NCBI GenBank assembly: GCA_963783305.1
Contig: CAWAMW010000017.1
Location: forward strand, 288,001 to 352,000
Source: an uncultured Gemmatimonadales bacterium
GTDB lineage: Bacteria; Gemmatimonadota; Gemmatimonadetes; Longimicrobiales; RSA9
DNA length: 64,000 bases
Reading direction: 5' to 3'
Below the pieces are notes generated by a model that was not told the DNA's origin, ran no database searches, and saw only the letters and a program-made list of their open reading frames with translations. Shown one piece after another: positions 1 to 10,799 of the stretch. The translations under genes were made by a program, and so were the position numbers. The first letter of the stretch is position 1; every line of letters begins with the position of its first letter.

Positions 1-2
1 GG

Positions 3-323
3 CGCCTGATCGCGCTGGACACCCCCGCCCGTCTCCGAGAGGCGCTGGACCAGCCGATCTTCGAAGTGAAGCTGGGGTCGCCCGCGCGGGCGGTCGAAGC
101 GCTCACGGGCGCCGCCGGGGTGATGGAGGCGGCCATGTTCGGGAGAGCGGTACACGTAATGACCGCGGCCGCGGAGGGCGGTGTAGCGGGTGGTGATGAG
201 GTCGTCCGCACGCTCCTGGCAGAAGCGGGGCTGGAGCCTGAGTCGGTGGAAGCGGTCCCTCCATCCCTCGAGGATGTCTTCGTGGCGCTGGTGCGCCGCG
301 AGGGCGGGGCACGGGAGGGGTGA
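3..323 (+). CDS. ABC transporter ATP-binding protein, C-terminal part (truncated by window start)
   Basis: Open frame from the window edge, RLIALDTP...PSLEDVFVALV, typical of ABC-2 ATPase C-termini; overlaps the next permease start. Confidence 0.85.
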   Translation, partial: RLIALDTPARLREALDQPIFEVKLGSPARAVEALTGAAGVMEAAMFGRAVHVMTAAAEGGVAGGDEVVRTLLAEAGLEPESVEAVPPSLEDVFVALVRREGGAREG

Positions 324-1438
324 TGAGCTGGATGCGGCTGCGCGCCATGGCGCGGAAGGAGTGGATCCAGCTGCGGCGGGATCCCCGGAGCATGACCATG
401 GCGTTCATCCTTCCGGTCCTGATGCTCCTCTTCTTCGGCTACGCCATCACGTGGGACGTCCGTGACCTGGAGCTGCGGGTGCTGGATCAGGACCGGACGG
501 CCCGGAGCCGCGGGCTGGTGGAGGCGTTCCAGGGGAGCGGCTACTTCACGATCGAAGAGCGCCTGGACGGGTACGACGCGGTGGACGCGGCGGTGGGCCG
601 TGGGAACGCGGCATCGGTGCTGGTGATTCCGCCGGGGTTCGCGCGGGACCTGGCCGCCGGCCGCCGCGCCGCTGTCCAGCTGCTGCTCGACGGCGCTGAC
701 GCCAACAGCGCGACGATCGCGTACGGCTATGCGACCTCCATCGTCGACCGCTGGTCGCGCGACGTGGTGCTGTCCGGAAGGTCGATCCAGGTACCGCTGG
801 AAGCGGACGTCCGCACGTGGTACAACCCCTCGCTGGAGAGCCGCAACATGATCGTCCCGGGTCTCATCGCGGTGATCATGATGACCATCGCCGCCATGCT
901 CACGGCGCTCACCATCGCCCGCGAGTGGGAACGGGGGACCATGGAGCAGCTGGCGTCCACTCCCGCCACCCGGCTCGAGATCCTGCTGGGGAAGCTGATC
1001 CCCTACGTGCTGATCGGGGTGGTGGACGTGGGGCTGATCGTGGCCGCGGGGATCCTCGTGTTCCACGTCCCGTTCCGCGGGCCGGTGGTGGTCTTCTTCC
1101 TCCAGACGGTGCTCTTCCTCGTGGGCGCGCTCGGACTCGGAATGGTGATCTCGGCGGTGGCCAAGACGCAGTTCCTGGCCACACAGATCGCGCTCCTCGC
1201 CACGCTGCTCCCGGCCATGCTGCTGAGCGGGTTCCTGTTCGAGATCGCCGCCATGCCTCCGATCCTGCAGGCGGTGACCTACGCGGTACCCGCGCGGTAT
1301 TACGTCGTCGTGGCGCGGGGAATCATGCTGAAGGGCGTGGGCCCGGACGTGCTCTGGGTCCAGTCAGCCTTCATGGTGGCCTTCGCGGTGATCGGCTTCG
1401 GCCTCGCCATGCGGGTCTTCAGGAAGGAGATCGCGTGA
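320..1438 (+). CDS. ABC-2 type transporter permease (YbhS-like)
   Basis: ARKEWIQLRRD, WYNPSLES..IVPG and AREWERGTMEQL motifs; multiple TM segments. Confidence 0.92.
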   Translation: MMSWMRLRAMARKEWIQLRRDPRSMTMAFILPVLMLLFFGYAITWDVRDLELRVLDQDRTARSRGLVEAFQGSGYFTIEERLDGYDAVDAAVGRGNAASVLVIPPGFARDLAAGRRAAVQLLLDGADANSATIAYGYATSIVDRWSRDVVLSGRSIQVPLEADVRTWYNPSLESRNMIVPGLIAVIMMTIAAMLTALTIAREWERGTMEQLASTPATRLEILLGKLIPYVLIGVVDVGLIVAAGILVFHVPFRGPVVVFFLQTVLFLVGALGLGMVISAVAKTQFLATQIALLATLLPAMLLSGFLFEIAAMPPILQAVTYAVPARYYVVVARGIMLKGVGPDVLWVQSAFMVAFAVIGFGLAMRVFRKEIA

Positions 1439-2559
1439 CCGGCCTGAGCCGCACCCGGGTACTGCGGCTGATCCGCAAAGAGCTGCGGCAGATCTTCCGG
1501 GATCCGCGCATGAAGCGCATCATCTTCGTGGCGCCGATGTTCCAGCTCGTGGTCTTCGGCTATGCGGTGAACACGGATATCCGGGAGACACCTCTCTTTG
1601 TCGTGAGCCAAGACCGGTCTGCGGACTCACGTGACCTGGTGGACGCCCTTACCGCCTCCGGGTACTTCCGGGTCGCGGGGCGCTCACAGTCTTCGTCGGA
1701 TCTCACGCGCGCACTGGACACCGGCCGCGCCATCGTGGGGCTGGAGATCCCGCCGGACTTCGCCCGCCGGCTCCGCAGCGGGGAGGGCGCATCGGTGCAG
1801 CTGCTGGTGGACGGCAGCAACTCGAACACGGCCACGGTGGCGCAGGGAAACGCGCTTCGGATCATTCGCGACTTCACCGAGCGGCGGATGGCCCGGGCGG
1901 CCGGCGGGCGGCCGGCGGGCGTGGACCTTCGGATGCGGGCGTGGTTCAATCCCGACCTGGCGAGCCGCGTCTACAACGTGCCGGGGGTGCTGGGGGTCAT
2001 CGTGCTCCTGATGACGCTGCTGCTCACCGCCCTCACGGTGGTGCGGGAGCGGGAAATGGGCACGCTGGAGCAGCTCCAGGTGACGCCGCTGCAGCCGGCC
2101 GAGCTGATCCTGGGGAAGACGATCCCCGTGGCGCTCATCGCCCTCGTGCAGTTCGCGCTGATCATGGTCGTGGCGATTTTCTGGTTCCACATCCCGTTCC
2201 GCGGGAACCTGCTGGCGCTGACCGCCGCCGCGCTGATCTACATCGTGTCGGGCCTCTCGTTCGGGCTCCTCATCTCCACCGTGGCCCGCACGCTCCAGGA
2301 AGCGCTCATGGTGATGTTCCTCTTCTTCATGCCCGCCATCATCCTCAGCGGGTTCATGTTCCCGATCTTCACCATGCCCCCGCTCTTCCAGTGGCTCACG
2401 CTGCTGAATCCCGTCCGCCATTTCCTGGAGATCGTTCGGGCGGTGTTCCTCAAGGGCTATGGCCCGGCGGAGCTGTGGCCGCAGTACGCCGCCCTGCTCG
2501 CCATGGCGGGGATCGGGCTCACGGCCGCGCGTTGGCGGCTGGGGCGCCGCGGGATATAG
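1435..2559 (+). CDS. ABC-2 type transporter permease (YbhR-like)
   Basis: GTG start overlapping the upstream TGA; RKELRQIFRD, WFNPDL, VREREMGTLEQL. Confidence 0.92.
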   Translation: MTGLSRTRVLRLIRKELRQIFRDPRMKRIIFVAPMFQLVVFGYAVNTDIRETPLFVVSQDRSADSRDLVDALTASGYFRVAGRSQSSSDLTRALDTGRAIVGLEIPPDFARRLRSGEGASVQLLVDGSNSNTATVAQGNALRIIRDFTERRMARAAGGRPAGVDLRMRAWFNPDLASRVYNVPGVLGVIVLLMTLLLTALTVVREREMGTLEQLQVTPLQPAELILGKTIPVALIALVQFALIMVVAIFWFHIPFRGNLLALTAAALIYIVSGLSFGLLISTVARTLQEALMVMFLFFMPAIILSGFMFPIFTMPPLFQWLTLLNPVRHFLEIVRAVFLKGYGPAELWPQYAALLAMAGIGLTAARWRLGRRGI

Positions 2560-2594
2560 CGCCCGGAGCGGCCCGGCTCATCCGCCGCGCCCTG

Positions 2595-3509
2595 CTAGAG
2601 CCGGAATCCCCGCAGGAGCCGCTTCTCCTTCTCGCCTTCGATGCGCGCCTCCAGATCGATGTACGGCTCGAGGCCGCTCCCCTTCAGCTTGTCGCGAAAG
2701 AGCTGGTCGAGCTGGAACACACCGGCGGAGTTGGTCATCTCGATGACCAGCCGGATGGGCTTGCTCTCGCCGCGCTCGATGTGGACCTGGTCGATGGCGG
2801 CGGCGGAGACGCTGTGAATGCTGACGGAGCTCTCTCGCTCGAAGGGAATCCGTGAGCGGCCCTTGGCCATGTCGAGCGCATCGGCGATCCGGACGATCCC
2901 GGCCTCGATCGTGAGCGGCTTCCCGCCGGAGCGGTGGGCGATGATGGCGTGGAGCACCTCGCTGCGGACGACGGCCGCGCGAGCGGGGTCGTAGATCTCC
3001 GTGAGCATCTCCCGCAGCTTCATCTGGGCGACGAAGAGCGAGTAGTTCTCGTGGTCGGCGCGGTGGATCGACATTCCCAGGTCGTGGAAGAGGGCGGCCA
3101 GCGCCACGACCACCTCCGCGTCCTCCCGCTCCAGCCCGTGGTCGCGGACGATTCCGAACGGCACTTCCGCGTCGGCCAGGAGCCGGAACAGGCGGACGGC
3201 GATGTTCATGACGATCTTGACGTGGACCGGTCCGTGGTCGGTCATCCCGAGCCGGCTGATGGCGGTGACGTTGGCGGCGGTCCAGAGGGCGTAGAGGTCG
3301 TCGTCGTCGTTTACGAGCTCGATGATCCGGGCGAGGCGGCGGTTGTCGCGGTCGGGGACGTTCATGACCACGCGTTGCGCCATGCGCTCGGCCAGGGTGC
3401 GCGGATACTCGCGCTCGATGGCCTGCTCGGACGGCGGGTCCTCGGCCCCGCGACTCGCGTCCCCGTCGCCCTCGGGGCCCCCGGCGTCCGGTCGGTTCAG
3501 GTCGTTCAC
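2595..3509 (-). CDS. HD-domain phosphohydrolase
   Basis: DHGPVH...LFHDLG...H...ADALD HD-superfamily motifs; start overlaps the purK stop. Confidence 0.85.
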   Translation of the reverse strand: MNDLNRPDAGGPEGDGDASRGAEDPPSEQAIEREYPRTLAERMAQRVVMNVPDRDNRRLARIIELVNDDDDLYALWTAANVTAISRLGMTDHGPVHVKIVMNIAVRLFRLLADAEVPFGIVRDHGLEREDAEVVVALAALFHDLGMSIHRADHENYSLFVAQMKLREMLTEIYDPARAAVVRSEVLHAIIAHRSGGKPLTIEAGIVRIADALDMAKGRSRIPFERESSVSIHSVSAAAIDQVHIERGESKPIRLVIEMTNSAGVFQLDQLFRDKLKGSGLEPYIDLEARIEGEKEKRLLRGFRL

Positions 3510-4606
3510 AGCCGCATCCCCTGGAGCTCGCGGAGCATCGGCACCGTGTCGCGCACGAGGATGGGGTCATCGTGCCGTACGGTGACGTGGCCCACCTTGC
3601 GCCCCGGCCGCGGTTCCTTGCCGTAGAGGTGCAGGTGGACGTGGGGGTGGCGAAGCACGTCGGCGGTATCGGGCAGCGCGCCGATGAGGTTGATCATGGC
3701 GGAGTGGCCGCAGAGCGCGGTAGAGCCGAGGGGCAGCCCGAGCACGGCGCGGACGTGGTTCTCGAACTGGCTGGTCTCCGCCCCTTCGATGGTCCAGTGC
3801 CCGGAGTTGTGCACACGTGGCGCCATCTCGTTGGCCAGGAGCCGGTCGCCCACCTGGAAGAGCTCGATGGCGAGCACGCCCACGTAGTCGAGGTCCTCGA
3901 GCACCCGGCGGGCATAGCCCTCCGCCCGGGCCTGAAGCTCCGGCCGGAGGTGGGGTGCGGGCGCGAAGGAGAGCCTGAGAATCCCCTCCTCGTGATGGTT
4001 CTCGACCAGCGGGTAGGACGCGATGCGGCCGCTGGGGTCGCGCACCGCGATGATGGAAAGCTCACGATCGAACTCCACCAGCCCCTCGAGCAACATGGGG
4101 ACGCCCCCGACCTGGTCCCACGCCGCCTGCATATCAGCCGCGTCCCGGATGACCGCCTGCCCCTTGCCATCATAGCCGAAGCGACGGGTTTTCAGGACTG
4201 CCGGCATCCCGACCTCCTCCACCGCCGCCCGCAGCTCCTCCAGGGTGTCGGCCGCCGCAAACGGCGCGGTGTCGATCCCGTGGTCGCGAAAGAACGACTT
4301 CTCGATGAGCCGATCCTGCGCCACTTCCAGCGCACGGCGCCCCGGCCGGACCGGTACACGGTCGTCGAGATGGTCGAGGGCGAACGCGTCCACATTCTCG
4401 AACTCGTACGTGACCGCGTCCAGGTTGGTCACGAAGCGGTCCAGAGCGTCCGGATCGTCATAGCGCGCGGCGAGGACTTCGGCCACGTCCCCGGACGCGT
4501 CCGGCTCCTTGGGGTCGAGAAGGCGCGTGTGAACGCCCAGCGGGTACGCCGCCAGCGCCATCATCCGGCCGAGCTGGCCACCGCCCAGGATCCCGAGTCG
4601 CATCAC
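3506..4606 (-). CDS. purK: N5-carboxyaminoimidazole ribonucleotide synthase
   Basis: [38 protein letters not shown]. Confidence 0.97.
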   Translation of the reverse strand: MMRLGILGGGQLGRMMALAAYPLGVHTRLLDPKEPDASGDVAEVLAARYDDPDALDRFVTNLDAVTYEFENVDAFALDHLDDRVPVRPGRRALEVAQDRLIEKSFFRDHGIDTAPFAAADTLEELRAAVEEVGMPAVLKTRRFGYDGKGQAVIRDAADMQAAWDQVGGVPMLLEGLVEFDRELSIIAVRDPSGRIASYPLVENHHEEGILRLSFAPAPHLRPELQARAEGYARRVLEDLDYVGVLAIELFQVGDRLLANEMAPRVHNSGHWTIEGAETSQFENHVRAVLGLPLGSTALCGHSAMINLIGALPDTADVLRHPHVHLHLYGKEPRPGRKVGHVTVRHDDPILVRDTVPMLRELQGMRL

Positions 4607-5100
4607 GCCTCCGATGGGTCGGGGTGGCTCAGGACACGCTCCGTCTGCGCTTCCCTGTACGCATCCAGAGCGTCGCGGATCTCGGCGTGCTTGTTCGACA
4701 GGATCGAGGCCGCCAGGAGCGCTGCGTTGACCGCACCGCTACGCCCGATCGCCAGCGTCCCTACCGGAACGCCCCGGGGCATCTGCACCATGGAAAGGAG
4801 CGAGTCCATGCCGTTCAGCGCCCGGCTCTTCACGGGAACGCCAAGGACGGGCAGCGTGGTCTTGGCGGCCGTCATCCCCGGAAGGTGCGCCGCGCCACCC
4901 GCCCCGGCGATGATCACCTCGAGCCCCCGGTCCCGGGCGGAGCCGGCATATTCGTAGAGCAGGTCGGGAGTGCGGTGGGCGCTCACCACCCGCTTCTCGT
5001 ACCACACGCCGAGCTCATCGAGCGTCTCGGCGGCATGGCGCATGGTCTCCCAGTCGGACGTCGAGCCCATGATCAGGCCGACGAGAGGGGTCTTGGACAT
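4603..5100 (-). CDS. purE: N5-CAIR mutase
   Basis: [36 protein letters not shown]. Confidence 0.98.
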   Translation of the reverse strand: MSKTPLVGLIMGSTSDWETMRHAAETLDELGVWYEKRVVSAHRTPDLLYEYAGSARDRGLEVIIAGAGGAAHLPGMTAAKTTLPVLGVPVKSRALNGMDSLLSMVQMPRGVPVGTLAIGRSGAVNAALLAASILSNKHAEIRDALDAYREAQTERVLSHPDPSEA

Positions 5101-5191
5101 TGGATCTTCCTTTTGGAGGCCGGTGCTGACGGTAACCTACGGGAGATGGAGCGGTCGGCAAGGCGGCGCGGGCCGGGATAACGGGGACGGC

Positions 5192-5267
5192 TCACGGTTC
5201 ACGGTTCACGGTTCACGGTTCACAGTTCACAGTTCACAGTTCACAGTTCACGGTTCACAGTTCACGG
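5192..5267. repeat. Tandem heptamer array (TCACRGT)n, about 10 units
   Basis: tcacggt/tcacagt units read directly in the sequence. Confidence 0.95.
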
Positions 5268-5311
5268 GGAACCAAGTCCGGCAGCGGTCCGTTGATCGAG
5301 GATCCTCGACC

Positions 5312-5390
5312 GTTCCGTGGTTCGCGGTTCGTGGTTCGTGGTTCGTGGTCCGTGTTCTGTGTTCTGTGTTCTGTGTTCTGTGTTCTGCGG
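5312..5390. repeat. Tandem heptamer array (TTCGTGG/TTCTGTG)n
   Basis: ttcgtgg units followed by ttctgtg units, read directly. Confidence 0.9.
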
Positions 5391-5557
5391 CCATGGTGAG
5401 CTCGGTGCCGGACAGTTCGGGTCGGGCGCTGACGCGCGGGTCTCCCCTATATTCACTGGTGATCAGTACCGCCATCTGTTCCCCCTCGTATTGCGTGGGT
5501 GGGACGTGGGGGTTCTAATCCAGTCATCGCACGCGCACCCGCAGAGCGCATTCCCGA

Positions 5558-8500
5558 TTGTCCATACTAGACCGGCTCCTTCCCGAGTTCCCGGAGGACC
5601 AGAAGGCCGACCGCGGTCGACTGCTGGGCCTCATGGGCATGTTCTTCCTGGTGGTCACCGCCGTCGGGGTGCTGAAGCCCGTGCGCAACGCCCTGGCGCT
5701 CTCCGGTCTCGGGGATCGCGCCTTCTACCGCGTATACCTGGTCAGCGCGGTCGTGGTGTTGATCGTGCCGATCTACAACCGGCTGGCCGATCGAGTGGGG
5801 TGGCGGGCGCTGGTGCCCGCTGTGGCGATCTTCTTCGGGCTGAACCTCCTTATCTTCCGCGTGCTCTATTCCGAGGGGAGCACCGTGCTCGGCGTGGTCT
5901 TCTACGGCTGGTACGACCTCTTCGCGGCGGCGCTGGTGACGCAGTTCTTCGTGGCCACCCACGCCATCCTGAACGCCCGCACCGCGCGGAGCGCGTACCC
6001 CCTCGTCATCGGGGGTGGCGCGGTGGGGGCCATGCTGGGCGGCGGCATCGCGGGCTTCATGGTCGACATCATCGGGACCCCGAACCTGCTGCTGGTGGGC
6101 GCATTCTTCATCCTGGCCTTCGGCGTGGGGATCCGGTTCGTATGGCCGGTGGACGCGCTGGAGGCGGTGGAGCGGGAGCGCTCGAAGCGGATCCGTCGTA
6201 GGGACGCCGTTTCCATGAGCGAGGTGCGGCGGGTGTTCTCGAACAGCCATGTGCGACTGATCGCGGTGAGCGTGTTGCTGATCGTCATGGCGAAGCAGCT
6301 GGTGGACTACCAGTACAACACCCTCACGGAGGAGATCTTCCTGACCCAGGACGCCATCACGGCGTTCCAGGGCAAGGTGAGCCTGGCCACCCAGTGGCTG
6401 CCCCTCGTGGCCGTAGTGACCCTCAGGCCGCTGCTGAAGCGCTGGGGCATCGGCGCCGTGGTGTTCCTCCTGCCCGGTCTGATGTTCATCACGAGCCTCG
6501 GCATGGCGGCGTTCTTCACCATCTGGGCGGTGATCGTGGTCCGGACCGTGGACACGACGTTCCGCTACTCCGCTGAGCGCGCGGGCCGGGAGATCCTGTA
6601 CGTCCCTGTCCCGGAATCGATCAAGCTGAAGGCCAAGACGTACATCGACGTGGGAGTGGAGAAGGGGCTGGGGAAGGCGCTGTCCGCGGGAGTGGTGGCG
6701 GTGCTGGTGGAGGTGCTGGGGCTCGGGCTCGGACAGATCGCGTGGGTCGTGGTGGCGCTTACGGCGGCCTGGGTCGTGGTCACGCTGCTCCTGCGCCGGA
6801 AGTACGTGGACACGCTCGCGCAGTCCATCCGCGGCCGCTTCGCGAGCTTCCAGGGGCTGTCCGCCTTCTCGGACGCGAGCACGCAGCGGCTCGTGCAGCA
6901 GGCGCTCGGCAGCCCCGATCCCGTCCAGGTCTCGTTCGGCCTCGACCTGGTGGAGCAGAGCGCCGGCACCGATACGCGACCCATCGCCGACGCCCTCCAC
7001 GACCTCCTGGAGCACAGCTCCCAGGCCATCCGACTGAAAGCGCTCCGGATCCTGACCGACGACCCGGACTCCATCGACCCCGTCCGGGCCCGCCAGCGAC
7101 TTCAGGACCCGGCGCGACCCGTACGCGAGCAGGCGGTGCTCGCGCTGGCCGCGCAGGCACCTGAGCAGAAGAGCGAGTTGATCCATGCCCTGCTCGCCTC
7201 CGTGCACGCGGACGTGCGCACGGCGGCGCTCGCGTGTCTCACTCGCGACCAGATCGCCGTGGACGTGGCGGAGGTGGTGGGCGGCGGCTATCTGGAAGAG
7301 CGCATGCGGCAGGCGGAAGAAGGGGAACGGGAGGCGCGCGTGGAGCTGGCACTGGCCGCGGGCGCCCTCCGCTCGCACCCCGGGGCGCGGGACCTCCTGG
7401 ACGACCTGCTGGGGGACCCTGATCCCGTGGTGGCCTCCGCGGCACTCCGCAGCGCGGCTCTCCTCGACCGTCCCGACCTCCACCCGGTCATGATCGCGGC
7501 GCTCCAGCGCCCCGGAACGCGGCAGGCGGCGCGGGAGGCATTGACGGAGCGCGGGGGCCGCGCTCTGGATGCCCTCGCCCGCCACCTCCTGGACGAAAGG
7601 GTGCCGAGTACGGTGCGACGACAGATTCCGGCCGTGCTCGCCCGTGTAGCCGACCGGCGATCGGCCGATGTGATGCTGCACAGTGTGGTGGCGCCCGAAA
7701 CCGACCAGCTGCTGGACTACAGGACGCTCAAGGCGCTCAGCCAGCTCCGGTTGAAGGCGCCCCACCTCCACTTCGACCGCGTGATGGTACGATCCGCGAT
7801 CCGGCGGGAGGTGGGTGCCGCGGCGGGCTACGATCGCGCCCGGCACTGTCTCGAGCGCGTCGGGGCCCGCGGCCCATCGGCCCACCTTCTCCGGCGCGCG
7901 CTCCAGGAGGCCTGGAACGAGCGGCAGGAGGGAGTCTTCCGCCTCCTCGGGCTCATGTACGAGCCGGAACCCATGTACCGCTGCTATCTGGCCGTGAGTG
8001 GCGGCGAGGCCAGAGCGCGGGCGAACGCGCTCGAGTGGCTCGAGGAGACCGTGGACCGTGAGCAGCTCGCCGAAATCGGACCTGTCGTGGGTCAGGCGCC
8101 CTCCCGCTCGGCCCTGCCGGACCTCCGGGGCGATCTCGGGCCCCTGCTCCGGGACGGCGATCCCTGGATCGCCCGGATGGCCGTGGCCGCCACGGGGGAG
8201 ATGGACGCGCGCTGGAGCCGGGCGGCGCTGCGTGATATCATCGACACCGGAACGAGCGACGAGCTCTGCGCCCTGGCGGAACGACTCCTCGCCCCACCAC
8301 GATCGGGACGGATGCCCATGGACCTCATAGAAAAGGTGTTCCTGCTCCAGAAGATCGATCTCCTCCAGGACGCCCGCAGCGCGCACCTTGCCCTCCTCGC
8401 CTCCATCGCCGAGGACGTGGACGTGGATGGCGGCACCGTGCTGCTCCGGCAGGGCGAGCCGACGGACGCGCTGTACGTGGTGGTCGAGGGCGCGGTGGAC

Positions 8501-8728
8501 CTGACCGGCGTCGCGGACCACCGGATGGAGGCGCTCGAAGGCAGCGCGTTCGGCACCTGGGCGCTCATCGACGAGGCCCCCAGCCTCGTCACCGCCACCA
8601 CACGAGGCCCCGCGCGACTGCTGCGGATCGCCCGCGGGGACTTCTACGACCTGCTGGCCGATCACTCGGAGCTCGCCCTCGGCCTGCTCCAGGGACTTGC
8701 CCGGCGGGTGCGTACCCTCGTAGCGTAA
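5558..8728 (+). CDS. Npt1/Npt2 (TLC/NTT-like MFS) transporter fused to HEAT repeats and a C-terminal cNMP-binding domain
   Basis: About 12 TM N-terminal region (LKPVRNAL, REILYVPVP..IKLKAKTYID), helical HEAT-like middle, C-terminal IEKVFLLQKIDL...LRQGEPTDALYVVVEG...FG..ALID. Confidence 0.88.
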   Translation: MSILDRLLPEFPEDQKADRGRLLGLMGMFFLVVTAVGVLKPVRNALALSGLGDRAFYRVYLVSAVVVLIVPIYNRLADRVGWRALVPAVAIFFGLNLLIFRVLYSEGSTVLGVVFYGWYDLFAAALVTQFFVATHAILNARTARSAYPLVIGGGAVGAMLGGGIAGFMVDIIGTPNLLLVGAFFILAFGVGIRFVWPVDALEAVERERSKRIRRRDAVSMSEVRRVFSNSHVRLIAVSVLLIVMAKQLVDYQYNTLTEEIFLTQDAITAFQGKVSLATQWLPLVAVVTLRPLLKRWGIGAVVFLLPGLMFITSLGMAAFFTIWAVIVVRTVDTTFRYSAERAGREILYVPVPESIKLKAKTYIDVGVEKGLGKALSAGVVAVLVEVLGLGLGQIAWVVVALTAAWVVVTLLLRRKYVDTLAQSIRGRFASFQGLSAFSDASTQRLVQQALGSPDPVQVSFGLDLVEQSAGTDTRPIADALHDLLEHSSQAIRLKALRILTDDPDSIDPVRARQRLQDPARPVREQAVLALAAQAPEQKSELIHALLASVHADVRTAALACLTRDQIAVDVAEVVGGGYLEERMRQAEEGEREARVELALAAGALRSHPGARDLLDDLLGDPDPVVASAALRSAALLDRPDLHPVMIAALQRPGTRQAAREALTERGGRALDALARHLLDERVPSTVRRQIPAVLARVADRRSADVMLHSVVAPETDQLLDYRTLKALSQLRLKAPHLHFDRVMVRSAIRREVGAAAGYDRARHCLERVGARGPSAHLLRRALQEAWNERQEGVFRLLGLMYEPEPMYRCYLAVSGGEARARANALEWLEETVDREQLAEIGPVVGQAPSRSALPDLRGDLGPLLRDGDPWIARMAVAATGEMDARWSRAALRDIIDTGTSDELCALAERLLAPPRSGRMPMDLIEKVFLLQKIDLLQDARSAHLALLASIAEDVDVDGGTVLLRQGEPTDALYVVVEGAVDLTGVADHRMEALEGSAFGTWALIDEAPSLVTATTRGPARLLRIARGDFYDLLADHSELALGLLQGLARRVRTLVA

Positions 8729-8766
8729 CGTGGCCGTACCCTCCCTTCCTGCCAGCAGCGCGGACC

Positions 8767-9246
8767 ATGGCTGAACAGCACACCCCCACCGTCCTGATCG
8801 TGGATGACGAGGAGATGGTCGCGACGGCGCTCCGTAGCTTCCTGGAACTCGAGACGTCCTATGACATCCTCACGTTCACCTCACCTACGGAAGCGATCCA
8901 GGCACCCCGGCTGCGCGATGTGAACGTGGTCATCGCCGACTTCATGATGCCGGGGATGGATGGCATTACTTTCCTGCGCCAGGTCCGGGAGTCGAACCCC
9001 GAGGCGACACGGATCCTTTTGACCGGGTACGCGGACAAGGAAAATGCCATCCGGGCGATCAACGAGGCGGGGCTGTATTACTACCTCGAGAAGCCCTGGA
9101 GCAACGAGCACCTCAAACTGGTGATCCGGAACGGTGTGGAGCGGTCCACCCTCTTCACGGAGCTGAACCAGCGTATCGAGGCGCTGGAGGGCGCGAACCA
9201 GGAGCTCTACGATATCCGGAGACGCCTGGTCCAGGCGTTCCTGTGA
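8767..9246 (+). CDS. Response regulator (receiver domain plus short coiled coil)
   Basis: LIVDDE, IADFMMPGMDG, ILLTGY, EKPW. Confidence 0.95.
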   Translation: MAEQHTPTVLIVDDEEMVATALRSFLELETSYDILTFTSPTEAIQAPRLRDVNVVIADFMMPGMDGITFLRQVRESNPEATRILLTGYADKENAIRAINEAGLYYYLEKPWSNEHLKLVIRNGVERSTLFTELNQRIEALEGANQELYDIRRRLVQAFL

Positions 9247-10799
9247 GACGGAAAGAGCTGCCCGAGGCGCCGGCCTGGACCTCGGTGGAGCGCGCTCTTT
9301 ATCGCCCGGTCCGCGCGCGGATCGCGGTGGCGGCGTGGGGGATCATACTCGGCGCCCTGATCCTTTTCGTCCTGCAGCTCCCCCTGTCCGGCCGCTTCTT
9401 CGGCCTGATCGTGGGTTGGGCCATGATCACCTCCGCTACGCTGCACTGGCTCGGCGGGCACCACCACACCGCTGTCTTCTTCCCCGCCCGATTCGTGCTC
9501 TTCGCGTTCGAGGTGGTGGCGGCAGCGTGGCTGGCGCACTACATCGGCGCCAGCAGCTGGCTCGCCACTCTTTTCCTGCTCTTCCCGGCGATCGAGTGGA
9601 ATATGCTCTACCCCGGGGGCTGGGGGATCATGGGCTCGCTCCTGGCCGTGGTCGCGTCGGGGACGCTGATCGTGGGCGAGGCAGTGGGCTTCGTGCCCGC
9701 GGGTGCCGTCTACCCCACCATCGACCCGGAGTACGGCGACCCGCGTTACGCGCTGGGTGCGTTCTTCGTCTCCGCATCGGTGATCGTCGGGCTCTCGACC
9801 GTGGTCAGCCGGTATGCCGAAGCCGGCCGTCGCCAGAGCCGTGAGCTGGTGGCGGCGAACGAGCGGCTCAGGGAGATGTCGGAGGATGTGCGACGGTCGC
9901 ATGCGGAGCTGGCAGAAGCGTACGATCAGCTGGGCAAAACACAGGCGGAGCTGGTAGGATCGGCGAAGCTGGCGTCGCTGGGCCACCTGATCGCGGGCGT
10001 GGCGCACGAGATCAACACACCGCTCGGGGCGCTCTACAGCAACCACGACACGATGCGCCGCGCGCTGGCGCGGCTGCAGGAGATCCTCGAGGACGAGGTG
10101 GTGGACGAGGACGAGCTCGAAGACGTCCGCAAGATCGTCCGGGCCATCGAGGGAGTGACGTCCACGAACAACATGGCCGTGGACCGGATGGTCAAGATCG
10201 TGGACAGCCTGCGCACCTTCGGCCGGGTCGATCGCTCCGAGCTGGACTTCGCGGACCTGCACGAGGGCCTTGAGAGCACGCTGGCGATCCTGGGCCACGA
10301 GCTTCGGAGCCGGCAGGTCTCGGTGGTGAAGGAGTATGGCGAGCTCCCCCGCGTAGAGTGCTATCCGAATCAGGTCCACCAGGTGTTCATGAACCTCATC
10401 CTGAATGGCGCGCAGGCCATGACCGGCCCGGGGACCATCACGATACGCACCCGCCGGGACGGGGAACACGCGGAGATCCAGATCCAGGACACGGGCGCCG
10501 GGATCCCTGCGGACAACCTCTCCCGCATCTTCGATCCCGGCTTCACCACGAAGGGGAAGCGAATGGGGATGGGAATGGGCCTGCTCATCACCAGCCAGAT
10601 CGTGGACCGGCACGGCGGCCGGCTCGTGGTATCGAGCGAGGTCGGCGCGGGTACAACGTTCACGGTGCGGCTGCCGGTCCGGCTGGAGAAGGGGACGGAA
10701 CCGGGCGCGCAGGGCGGCCGGGGTACGGCGGTGCGGGCTGACCCGGCCCCCGATACCAGCCTCAACGCTGGAGAAGAGATTCGTGCGACGGATATTTGA
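9243..10799 (+). CDS. Membrane sensor histidine kinase
   Basis: TM N-terminus; GVAHEINTP H-box, QVFMNLILN, DTGAGI, FTTK, GMGMGL. Confidence 0.95.
   Translation: MRRKELPEAPAWTSVERALYRPVRARIAVAAWGIILGALILFVLQLPLSGRFFGLIVGWAMITSATLHWLGGHHHTAVFFPARFVLFAFEVVAAAWLAHYIGASSWLATLFLLFPAIEWNMLYPGGWGIMGSLLAVVASGTLIVGEAVGFVPAGAVYPTIDPEYGDPRYALGAFFVSASVIVGLSTVVSRYAEAGRRQSRELVAANERLREMSEDVRRSHAELAEAYDQLGKTQAELVGSAKLASLGHLIAGVAHEINTPLGALYSNHDTMRRALARLQEILEDEVVDEDELEDVRKIVRAIEGVTSTNNMAVDRMVKIVDSLRTFGRVDRSELDFADLHEGLESTLAILGHELRSRQVSVVKEYGELPRVECYPNQVHQVFMNLILNGAQAMTGPGTITIRTRRDGEHAEIQIQDTGAGIPADNLSRIFDPGFTTKGKRMGMGMGLLITSQIVDRHGGRLVVSSEVGAGTTFTVRLPVRLEKGTEPGAQGGRGTAVRADPAPDTSLNAGEEIRATDI

Noticed and set aside
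5192..5390. Possible CRISPR array or coding repeats (RTQNTEH-type ORFs)
   Set aside because: The units are contiguous 7-mers with no unique spacers and there are no cas genes; the ORFs are translations of the repeat.
5400..5557. Possible riboswitch or leader RNA upstream of the NTT-HEAT-cNMP gene
   Set aside because: No recognisable aptamer consensus or terminator; it would need an Rfam search.
5567..8665. 1032-aa antisense ORF and similar long shadow ORFs (12738-15467, 39763-41517, 55774-58500, 49159-51162)
   Set aside because: These are high-GC shadow frames of recognisable genes with no motifs. Only the last 79 aa of 49159-51162 is a real antitoxin.
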